The position numbers and the translations under genes were made by a program. From assembly GCF_009914755.1 (NCBI RefSeq), contig NC_060948.1: a DNA stretch of 64,000 bases; one strand, written 5' to 3'. Positions 1 through 10,793 of the stretch are shown piece after piece. How positions within the stretch are numbered: the stretch's first letter is position 1; every line of letters starts with the position of its first letter. Under the pieces are notes generated by a model. That model had not been told where the DNA came from, did no database searches, and was given only the letters and a program-made list of their open reading frames with translations. The stretch is from the human T2T-CHM13v2.0 reference genome, Homo sapiens.

Positions 1-1531
1 TATTGGAATGGACTGTAATGGAATGGAATGGAAGGGATTGGAATGGACTCGAATGGAATGGACTGCAATAGAAAGGATTTGAATGGAATGAAAAAGAATT
101 GAATGGAATAGAACAGAATGGAATCAAATCGAATGAAATGGAATGGAATAGAAAGGAATGGAATGAAATGGAATGGAAAGGATTCGAATGGAATGCAATC
201 GAATGGAATGGAATCGAACGGAATGGAATAAAATGGAAGAAAACTGGCAAGAAATGGAATCGAAATGAATGGAGTGTTATGGAACGGACTCAAAAGGAAT
301 TGAATGTAATAGAATGGAGTGGAGTGGACTCGAATATAATGGACTGGAATGGAATGAAATCACATGGAATGGGAACGAATGGAATGGAATGGAAAGGAAT
401 GGAATCGAATGGAAAGGAATCGAATGGAAGGGAATGAAATTGAATCAACAGGAATGGAAGGGAATAGAATAGACGGTAATGGAATGGACTCGAATAGAAT
501 GGACACGAATGCTCAAATTGAATGGACTCGAATGGAATGGAAACGAAAGGAATGTCATCGAATGGAATTGAATCGATTGGAATGAAATCGCATAGAATGG
601 AGTGGAATCAAATGGAATTGAATCGAAAGGAAAGGAAGCGAATGGACTGAAATGAAATGGAATGGAATTGAATGGAAAGTAATGCAATGGAATAGAATGG
701 AACGAAATTTCACGGAATGGAATCAAACTGAATGGAATCAAATCAATGGAATCAAATCAAATGGAATGGAAAGGAATTGAATGGAGTAGATTGGATTGGA
801 TGGGATTGGAATGAAATGTACTGGAAAGGACTCGAATTTCATGAAACGGAATGGAATGAATTGGAACGGAATGGACTCGAATGGAATGGAATGTCATGGA
901 ATGGCATCAAATGGAATGGTATCAAATGGAATGGAATCGAATGCAATGGAATGCTATGGAATGGAATGGAATGCATTGGAATGGAATGTCCTCTAATGGA
1001 ATGGATTCGAGTGGAATGGAATCGAATATAATGGAGTCGAATGAAATGGAATTGAAAGGAATGGGATCGAATACAATGGAATATACTGGAATGTAATGTA
1101 ATGAACTCGAATGTAATTGACTGGAATGGAATGTACATGAATGGAATGTAATCGAATGGAAAGTAATCCAATGGAATAGAATCTAATGCAATAAAATCGA
1201 CTCAGATAGAGTAGAATGTAATGGAATGGAGTGCAGTGCAATGGAATGGAATGGAATGGAATGCAATGGAATGGAATGGAATGGAATGGAATGGAATGGG
1301 ATGGGATGGAATGGTATGGAATGGATAGTAATGGACTGGAGTGAAATGGACTGGAAAGGAATGGACTCAAATTGAAAGGGCTCGAAAGGAATGGAGTCAA
1401 ATGGAATGGTCTGGAATGGAATGAACACGAATGTAATGCAATCCAATAGAATGGAATCGAATGGCATGGAATATAAAGAAATGGAATCGGAGAGAATGGA
1501 AACAAATGGAATGGAATTGAATGGAATGGAA

Positions 1532-1685
1532 TTGAATGGAATGGGAACGAATGGAGTGAAATTGTATGCAGTAGAAGGGAATAGAATGGAATGCAAGCGA
1601 AAGGAAAGGAATGGATTGGAATGGAATGGAATTCATTGGAATGGAAGGGAATGTAGTGTAATGGACAGGCCTGGAATAAAGTGGA
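1532..1685 (+). other. DYZ1 diagnostic segment (classic Y-sexing PCR target) containing the EcoRI (1629) and HaeIII/StuI (1668) sites; repeated once per full unit
   Basis: Seen: TTGAATGGAATGGGAACGAATGG at 1532-1554 and GGACAGGCCTGGAATAAAGTGGA at 1663-1685. These match my recollection of the DYZ1 primer pair Y1.2 and Y1.1 (reverse complement TCCACTTTATTCCAGGCCTGTCC). Not database-verified. Confidence 0.8.
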
Positions 1686-2041
1686 ATGCTACGGTCTCGA
1701 ATGGAATAAAAATGTATGGAATGGAATGCAATGAAATGGAATCGAATGTCATAGAATGTAATGGAATGCAAAAAATGGAATCCAAAATCATTGACTGGAA
1801 AGGCTGGGTGTCGAAAGGAATTGACTCCAATGGAATGGAATCGAATGGAATGGAAGTGAATAGAATCGAACTAAATCGAATGGAATGGAATTGATAGGAA
1901 CGGAATGGAAAGGAATGCAATGATTTGGCATGGAATGGAATCGAATGGCATCGAATGGAATGGAATGGAATGCAATGGAATGGAATGTATTAGAATGTAA
2001 TGAACTTTAATGGAATGTACTCGAATGGATTCGACTGGAAT

Positions 2042-2056
2042 GGAATGTTCTGGAAG
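2042..2056. promoter_or_regulatory. Perfect heat-shock element motif HSE-1 (gGAAtgTTCtgGAAg); recurs in every full unit
   Basis: Seen: exact match to nGAAnnTTCnnGAAn. HSF1 binding is inferred, not shown. Confidence 0.55.
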
Positions 2057-2321
2057 TGAATGGACTCCAATGGAATGGATTCCAAAGGAATGGAATCGTA
2101 CGGAATGGAATCTAATGGAATGGAATTAAATGGAAATGAATCAAATTGAATAGCACGGAATTGAATTGAATGGAATGGAATGCAATGGAATCTAATGAAA
2201 CGGAAAGGAAAGGAATGGAATGGAATGGAATGGGCTGGAATGGAAAGGAATCGAAACGAATGGAATGGAATCGAACTGAAGAGACTGGAATGGAATGCAC
2301 TGGAATGGAAGGGAGTGTAAT

Positions 2322-2336
2322 GGAAGGTTCTCGAAA
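2322..2336. promoter_or_regulatory. Perfect heat-shock element motif HSE-2 (gGAAggTTCtcGAAa); recurs in every full unit
   Basis: Seen: exact match to nGAAnnTTCnnGAAn. HSF1 binding is inferred, not shown. Confidence 0.55.
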
Positions 2337-3347
2337 AAAATGGAATCGAATGGAATGGAATTGAATGGAACGGAATAGAGTCGAATGGAATTGAATGGAA
2401 TGGAATGGACTAGAGTGAAATGGAATCGAACCACAAGGAATGGACAGGAATAGAATGGTCTCGAATTGAATGGAATCGTATGGAATGGCATCAAACGGAA
2501 TGGAATGGACAGCCACGGAATGGAATGCACTCGAATGCAATGGAGTCGAAACTAATGGACTGGAATAGAATGGACTCGACTGGTACGGACTCCAATGCAA
2601 TGGAATCGAATGGAAGGGAATCGAACGGAATGGACTCGAAGGGAAAAGACTGCAATGGAAAGGTCTCGAATGGAATGGAAATTAATGGAATGGAATGGAA
2701 TCGAATGAAATGGAGTCAAAAGGAATGGAATCGAATGGCAAGAAATCGAATGTAATGGAATCGCAAGGAATTGATGTGAACGGAACGGAATGGAATGGAA
2801 TCCAAAGGAATGGAATAGAATGGAATGGAATCGAATGGAAAGGACTCGAATGGCAATCACTCGAATAGAATGCAATTTAATAAAATAGGATCAAATGTAA
2901 TGGAATGGAATGGAAAGGAATCGAAACGAAAGGAATGGAGACAGATGGAATGGAATGGAACAGAGAGCAATGGTATAGAATGGAACGGAATCATCTGGAA
3001 TGGAATTGAATGGAATGGAATAATATGAAATGGAATGGAATGGAATGGAATGGAATGCCCTTGAATTAAATGGACTGGAATGGAATGGACTCGAACAGAG
3101 TGGAATGGAAAGTGTTGAGATAGAATGGAATGGACTCCTTTGGAATGGTCTAGTATGCAATGCAATCGACTGGCAGGGAATCAAAAGGAATGTAATCGAA
3201 TGGATTGGACTGGAATGCAATGGACTCGAATAGATTGGAAACGGAATGCAAAGGAATGGAATGGAATAGTATGGAATGGAATGGAAAGGAATGGAGTGGA
3301 ATAGACTAGAGTGGAATGGAATGGACTGGAAAGCAATGGACTGGAAT

Positions 3348-3362
3348 GGAACTTTCTTGAAT
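3348..3362. promoter_or_regulatory. Perfect heat-shock element motif HSE-3 (gGAActTTCttGAAt); recurs in every full unit and in the short unit
   Basis: Seen: exact match to nGAAnnTTCnnGAAn. HSF1 binding is inferred, not shown. Confidence 0.55.
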
Positions 3363-3656
3363 GGACTGGAATCAAACGGAATGGAATGCAATGCAATCAA
3401 ATGGCATGGAATAAAATAGAATGAAAGAGAATCAAATGGAATTGAATCGAATGGAATCGAATGGATTGGAAAGGAATAGAATGGAATGGAATGGAATTGA
3501 CTCAAATGGAATGGACTAGAATGGAATGGATTCGAATGGAAGGCAAAGGAATGGAATCTATTGGAATGGACTGTAATGGAATGGAATGGAAGGGATTGGA
3601 ATGGACTCGAATGGAATGGACTGCAATAGAAAGGATTCGAATGGAATGAAAAAGAA

Positions 3657-6600
3657 TTGAATGGAATAGAACAGAATGGAATCAAATCGAATGAAATGGA
3701 ATGGAATAGAAAGGAATGGAATGAAATGGAATGGAAAGGATTCGAATGGAATGCAATCGAATGGAATGGAATCGAACGGAATGGAATAAAATGGAAGAAA
3801 ACTGGCAAGAAATGGAATCGAAATGAATGGAGTGTTATGGAACGGACTCAAAAGGAATTGAATGTAATAGAATGGAGTGGAGTGGACTCGAATATAATGG
3901 ACTGGAATGGAATGAAATCACATGGAATGGGAACGAATGGAATGGAATGGAAAGGAATGGAATCGAATGGAAAGGAATCGAATGGAAGGGAATGAAATTG
4001 AATCAACAGGAATGGAAGGGAATAGAATAGACGGTAATGGAATGGACTCGAATAGAATGGACACGAATGCTCAAATTGAATGGACTCGAATGGAATGGAA
4101 ACGAAAGGAATGTCATCGAATGGAATTGAATCGATTGGAATGAAATCGCATAGAATGGAGTGGAATCAAATGGAATTGAATCGAAAGGAAAGGAAGCGAA
4201 TGGACTGAAATGAAATGGAATGGAATTGAATGGAAAGTAATGCAATGGAATAGAATGGAACGAAATTTCACGGAATGGAATCAAACTGAATGGAATCAAA
4301 TCAATGGAATCTAATCAAATGGAATGGAAAGGAATTGAATGGAGTAGATTGGATTGGATGGGATTGGAATGAAATGTACTGGAAAGGACTCGAATTTCAT
4401 GAAACGGAATGGAATGAATTGGAACGGAACGGACTCGAATGGAATGGAATGTCATGGAATGGCATCAAATGGAATGGCATCAAATGGAATGGAATCGAAT
4501 GCAATGGAATGTTACGGAATGGAATGGAATGCATTGGAATGGAATGTCCTCTAATGGAATGGATTCGAGTGGAATGGAATCGAATATAATGGAGTCGAAT
4601 GAAATGGAATTGAAAGGAATGGGATCGAATAGAATGGAATATACTGGAATGTAATGTAATGAACTCGAATGTAATTGACTGGAATGGAATGTACATGAAT
4701 GGAAGGTAATCGAATGGAAAGTAATCCAATGGAATAGAATCTAATGCAATAAAATCGACTCAGATAGAGTAGAATGTAATGGAATGGAGTGCAGTGCAAT
4801 GGAATGGAATGGAATTGAATGCAATGGAATGGAATGGAATGGAATGGAATGGAATGGAATGGAATGGGATGGAATGGTATGGAATGGATAGTAATGGACT
4901 GGAGTGAAATGGACTGGAAAGGAATGGACTCAAATTGAAAGGGCTCGAAAGGAATGGAGTCAAATGGAATGGTCTGGAATGGAATGAACACGAATGTAAT
5001 GCAATCCAATAGAATGGAATCGAATGGCATGGAATATAAAGAAATGGATTCGAAGAGAATGGAAACAAATGGAATGGAATTGAATGGAATGGAATTGAAT
5101 GGAATGGGAACGAATGGAGTGAAATTGTATGCAGTAGAAGGGAATAGAATGGAATGCAAGCGAAAGGAAAGGAATGGATTGGAATGGAATGGAATTCATT
5201 GGAATGGAAGGGAATGTAGTGTAATGGACAGGCCTGGAATAAAGTGGAATGCTACGGTCTCGAATGGAATAAAAATGTATGGAATGGAATACAAAGAAAC
5301 GGAATCGAATGTCATAGAATGTAATGGAATGCAACAAAATGGAATCCAAAATCATTGACTGGAAAGGCTGGGTGTCGAAAGGAATTGACTCCAATGGAAT
5401 GGAATCGAATGGAATGGAAGTGAATAGAATCGAACTAAATCGAATGGAATGGAATTGATAGGAACGGAATGGAAAGGAATGCAATGATTTGGCATGGAAT
5501 GGAATCGAATGGCATCGAATGGAATGAATGGAATGCAATGGAATGGAATGTATTAGAATGTAATGAACTTTAATGGAATGTACTCGAATGGATTCGACTG
5601 GAATGGAATGTTCTGGAAGTGAATGGACTCCAATGGAATGGATTCAAAAGGAATGGAATCGTACGGAATGGAATCTAATGGAATGGAATTAAATGGAAAT
5701 GAATCAAATTGAATAGCACGGAATTGAATTGAATGGAATGGAATGCAATGGAATCTAATGAAACGGAAAGGAAAGGAATGGAATGGAATGGAATGGGCTG
5801 GAATGGAAAGGAATCGAAACGAATGGAATGGAATCGAACTGAAGAGACTGGAATGGAATGCAATGGAATGGAATGCACTGGAATGGAAGGGAGTGTAATG
5901 GAAGGTTCTCGAAAAAAATGGAATCGAATGGAATGGAATTGAATGGAACGGAATAGAGTCGAATGGAATTGAATGGAATGGAATGGACTAGAGTGAAATG
6001 GAATCAAACCACAAGGAATGGAGAGGAATAGAATGGTCTCGAATTGAATGGAATCGTATGGAATGGCATCAAACGGAATGGAATGGACAGCCACGGAATG
6101 GAATGCACTCGAATGCAATGGAGTCGAAACTAATGGACTGGAATAGAATGGACTCGACTGGTACGGACTCCAATGCAATGGAATCGAATGGAAGGGAATC
6201 GAACGGAATGGACTCGAAGGGAAAAGACTGCAATGGAAAGGTCTCGAATGGAATGGAAATTAATGGAATGGAATGGAATGGAATGAAATGGAGTCAAAAG
6301 GAATGGAATCGAATGGCAAGAAATCGAATGTAATGGAATCGCAAGGAATTGATGTGAACGGAACGGAATGGAATGGAATCCAAAGGAATGGAATAGAATG
6401 GAATGGAATCGAATGGAAAGGACTCGAATGGAAATCACTCGAATAGAATGCAATTTAATAAAATAGGATCAAATGTAATGGAATGGAATGGAAAGGAATC
6501 GAAACGAAAGGAATGGAGACAGATGGAATGGAATAGAACAGAGAGCAATGGTATAGAATGGAATGGAATCATCTGGAATGGAATCATCTGGAATGGAATA

Positions 6601-7234
6601 ATATGAAATGGAATGGAATGGAATGGAATGGAATGCCCTTGAATTAAATGGACTGGAATGGAATGGACTCGAACAGAGTGGAATGGAAAGTGTTGAGATA
6701 GAATGGAATGGACTCCTTTGGAATGGTGTAGTATGCAATGCAATCGACTGGCAGGGAATCAAAAGGAATGTAATGGAATGGACTGGACTGGAATGCAATG
6801 GACTCGAATAGATTGGAAACGGAATGCAAAGAAATGGAATGGAATAGTATGGAATGGAATGGAAAGGAATGGAGTGGAATAGACTAGAGTGGAATGGAAT
6901 GGACTGGAAAGCAATGGACTGGAATGGAACTTTCTTGAATGGACTGGAATCAAACGGAATGGAATGCAATGCAATCAAATGGCATGGAATAAAATAGAAT
7001 GAAAGAGAATCAAATGGAATTGAATCGAATGGAATCGAATGGATTGGAAAGGAATAGAATGGAATGGAATGGAATGGACTCAAATGGAATGGACTAGAAT
7101 GGAATGGATTCGAATGGAAGGCAAAGGAATGGAATCTATTGGAATGGACTGTAATGGAATGGAATGGAAGGGATTGGAATGGACTCGAATGGAATGGACT
7201 GCAATAGAAAGGATTCGAATGGAATGAAAAAGAA
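3657..7234 (+). repeat. DYZ1 unit U2 (3578 bp)
   Basis: Anchor spacing; 1 bp deletion at ~5525 and 15 bp insertion at ~5860. Confidence 0.9.
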
Positions 7235-10200
7235 TTGAATGGAATAGAACAGAATGGAATCAAATCGAATGAAATGGAATGGAATAGAAAGGAATGGAAT
7301 GAAATGGAATGGAAAGGATTCGAATGGAATGCAATCGAATGGAATGGAATCGAACGGAATGGAATAAAATGGAAGAAAACTGGCAAGAAATGGAATCGAA
7401 ATGAATGGAGTGTTATGGAACGGACTCAAAAGGAATTGAATGTAATAGAATGGAGTGGAGTGGACTCGAATATAATGGACTGGAATGGAATGAAATCACA
7501 TGGAATGGGAACGAATGGAATGGAATGGAAAGGAATGGAATCGAATGGAAAGGAATCGAATGGAAGGGAATGAAATTGAATCAACAGGAATGGAAGGGAA
7601 TAGAATAGACGGTAATGGAATGGACTCGAATAGAATGGACACGAATGCTCAAATTGAATGGACTCGAATGGAATGGAAACGAAAGGAATGTCATCGAATG
7701 GAATTGAATCGATTGGAATGAAATCGCATAGAATGGAGTGGAATCAAATGGAATTGAATCGAAAGGAAAGGAAGCGAATGGACTGAAATGAAATGGAATG
7801 GAATTGAATGGAAAGTAATGCAATGGAATAGAATGGAACGAAATTTCACGGAATGGAATCAAACTGAATGGAATCAAATCAATGGAATCAAATCAAATGG
7901 AATGGAAAGGAATTGAATGGAGTAGATTGGATTGGATGGGATTGGAATGAAATGTACTGGAAAGGACTCGAATTTCATGAAACGGAATGGAATGAATTGG
8001 AACGGAATGGACTCGAATGGAATGGAATGTCATGGAATGGCATCAAATGGAACGGCATCAAATGGAATAGAATCGAATGCAATGGAATGCTATGGAATGG
8101 AATGGAATGCATTGGAATGGAATGTCCTCTAATGGAATGGATTCGAGTGGAATGGAATCGAATATAATGGAGTCGAATGAAATGGAATTGAAAGGAATGG
8201 GATCGAATACAATGGAATATACTGGAATGTAACGTAATGAACTCGAATGTAATTGACTGGAATGGAATGTACATGAATGGAATGTAATCGAATGGAAAGT
8301 AATCCAATGGAATAGAATCTAATGCAATAAAATCGACTCAGATAGAGTAGAATGTAATGGAATGGAGTTCAGTGCAATGGAATGGAATGGAATGGAATGC
8401 AATTGAATGGAATGGAATGGAATGGAATGGAATGGAATGGGATGGAATGGTATGGAATGGATAGTAATGGACTGGAGTGAAATGGACTGGAAAGGAATGG
8501 ACTCAAATTGAAAGGGCTCGAAAGGAATGGAGTCAAATGGAATGGTCTGGAATGGAATGAACACGAATGTAATGCAATCCAATAGAATGGAATCGAATGG
8601 CATGGAATATAAAGAAATGGAATCGGAGAGAATGGAAACAAATGGAATGGAATTGAATGGAATGGAATTGAATGGAATGGGAACGAATGGAGTGAAATTG
8701 TATGCAGTAGAAGGGAATAGAATGGAATGCAAGCGAAAGGAAAGGAATGGATTGGAATGGAATGGAATTCATTGGAATGGAAGGGAATGTAGTGTAATGG
8801 ACAGGCCTGGAATAAAGTGGAATGCTACGGTCTCGAATGGAATAAAAATGTATGGAATGGAATGCAATGAAATGGAATCGAATGTCATACAATGTAATGG
8901 AATGCAACAAAATGGAATCCAAAATCATTGACTGGAAAGGCTGGGTGTCGAAAGGAATTGACTCCAATGGAATGGAATCGAATGGAATGGAAGTGAATAG
9001 AATCGAACTAAATCGAATGGAATGGAATTGATAGGAACGGAATGGAAAGGAATGCAATGATTTGGCATGGAATGGAATCGAATGGCATCGAATGGAATGG
9101 AATGGAATGCAATGGAATGGAATGTATTAGAATGTAATGAACTTTAATGGAATGTACTCGAATGGATTCGACTGGAATGGAATGTTCTGGAAGTGAATGG
9201 ACTCCAATGGAATGGATTCAAAAGGAATGGAATCGTACGGAATGGAATCTAATGGAATGGAATTAAATGGAAATGAATCAAATTGAATAGCACGGAATTG
9301 AATTGAATGGAATGGAATGCAATGGAATCTAATGAAACGGAAAGGAAAGGAATGGAATGGAATGGAATAGACTGGAATGGAAAGGAATCGAAACGAATGG
9401 AATGGAATCGAACTGAAGAGACTGGAATGGAATGCACTGTAATGGAAGGGAGTGTAATGGAAGGTTCTCGAAAAAAATGGAATCGAATGGAATGGAATTG
9501 AATGGAACGGAATAGAGTCGAATGGAATTGAATGGAATGGAATGGACTAGAGTGAAATGGAATCGAACCACAAGGAATGGACATGAATAGAATGGTCTCG
9601 AATTGAATGGAATCGTATGGAATGGCATCAAACGGAATGGAATGGACAGCCACGGAATGGAATGCACTCGAATGCAATGGAGTCGAAACTAATGGACTGG
9701 AATAGAATGGACTCGACTGGTACGGACTCCAATGGAATGGAATCGAATGGAAGGGAATCGAACGGAATGGACTCGAAGGGAAAAGACTGCAATGGAAAGG
9801 TCTCGAATGGAATGGAAATTAATGGAATGGAATGGAATCGAATGAAATGTAGTCAAAAGGAATGGAATCGTATGGCAAGAAATCGAATGTAATGGAATCA
9901 CAAGGAATTGATGTGAACGGAACGGAATGGAATGGAATCCAAAGGAATGGAATAGAATGGAATGGAATCGAATGGAAAGGACTCGAATGGAAATCACTCG
10001 AATAGAATGCAATTTAATAAAATAGGATCAAATGTAATGGAATGGAATGAAAAGGAATCGAAACGAAAGGAATGGAGACAGATGGAATGGAATGGAACAG
10101 AGAGCAATGGTATAGAATGGAATGGAATCATCTGGAATGGAATTGAATGGAATGGAATAATATGAAATGGAATGGAATGGAATGGAATGGAATGCCCTTG

Positions 10201-10793
10201 AATTAAATGGACTGGAATGGAATGGACTCGAACAGAGTGGAATGGAAAGTGTTGAGATAGAATGGAATGGACTCCTTTGGAATGGTGTAGTATGCAATGC
10301 AATCGACTGGCAGGGAATCAAAAGGAATGTAATCGAATGGATTGGACTGGAATGCAATGGACTCGAATAGATTGGAAACGGGATGCAAAGGAATGGAATG
10401 GAATAGTATGGAATGGAATGGAAAGGAATGGAGTGGAATAGACTAGAGTGGAATGGAATGGACTGGAAAGCAATGGACTGGAATGGAACTTTCTTGAATG
10501 GACTGGAATCAAACGGAATGGAATGCAATGCAATCAAATGGCATGGAATAAAATAGAATGAAAGAGAATCAAATGGAATTGAATCGAATGGAATCGAATG
10601 GATTGGAAAGGAATAGAATGGAATGGAATGGAATTGACTCAAATGGAATGGACTAGAATGGAATGGATTCGAATGGAAGGCAAAGGAATGGAATCTATTG
10701 GAATGGCCTGTAATGGAATGGAATGGAAGGGATTGGAATGGACTCGAATGGAATGGACTGCTATAGAAAGGATTCGAATGGAATGAAAAAGAA
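7235..10793 (+). repeat. DYZ1 unit U3 (3559 bp)
   Basis: Anchor spacing; extra HaeIII site at 10705. Confidence 0.9.

Larger units (their letters stand above)
99..3656 (+). repeat. DYZ1 unit U1 (3558 bp)
   Basis: Anchor-to-anchor distance 99 to 3657; 1 bp deletion in the A-run at ~1770. Confidence 0.9.

Noticed and set aside
1188-1200. AATAAA polyadenylation-like hexamers at fixed positions (e.g. ~1190, ~1675, ~2880)
   Set aside because: They are a small mutational step from GAATGGAAT/GAATAGAAT in an A-rich satellite, with no clear GU-rich downstream element. They cannot be supported without 3'-end RNA data.
1215-1330. G-quadruplex potential
   Set aside because: The runs are almost all GG with 3 nt spacers and there are no clustered GGG tracts. 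Any fold-back structure of (GGAAT)n is a generic property of HSat3, not specific to this window.
99-1894. Plus-strand MEWNG-repeat ORFs
   Set aside because: They are the direct translation of (GGAAT)n. They overlap in several frames and gain stops freely between copies.
2891-3808. 305-318 aa minus-strand ORFs (F/H/S/I/P-rich) recurring in each unit
   Set aside because: (ATTCC)n has no stop codon in any frame and translates to IPFHS repeats, so long ORFs are expected. Frames fuse or split with 5 bp indels (305 vs 318 vs 215 aa), and no domain or codon signal is visible.
4307-4317. DUX4-like motif GAATCTAATCA in U2, U7 and U10
   Set aside because: It mismatches the first T of the TAAYYYAATCA consensus, is present in only three units and is easily reached by chance from GAATCAAATCA.
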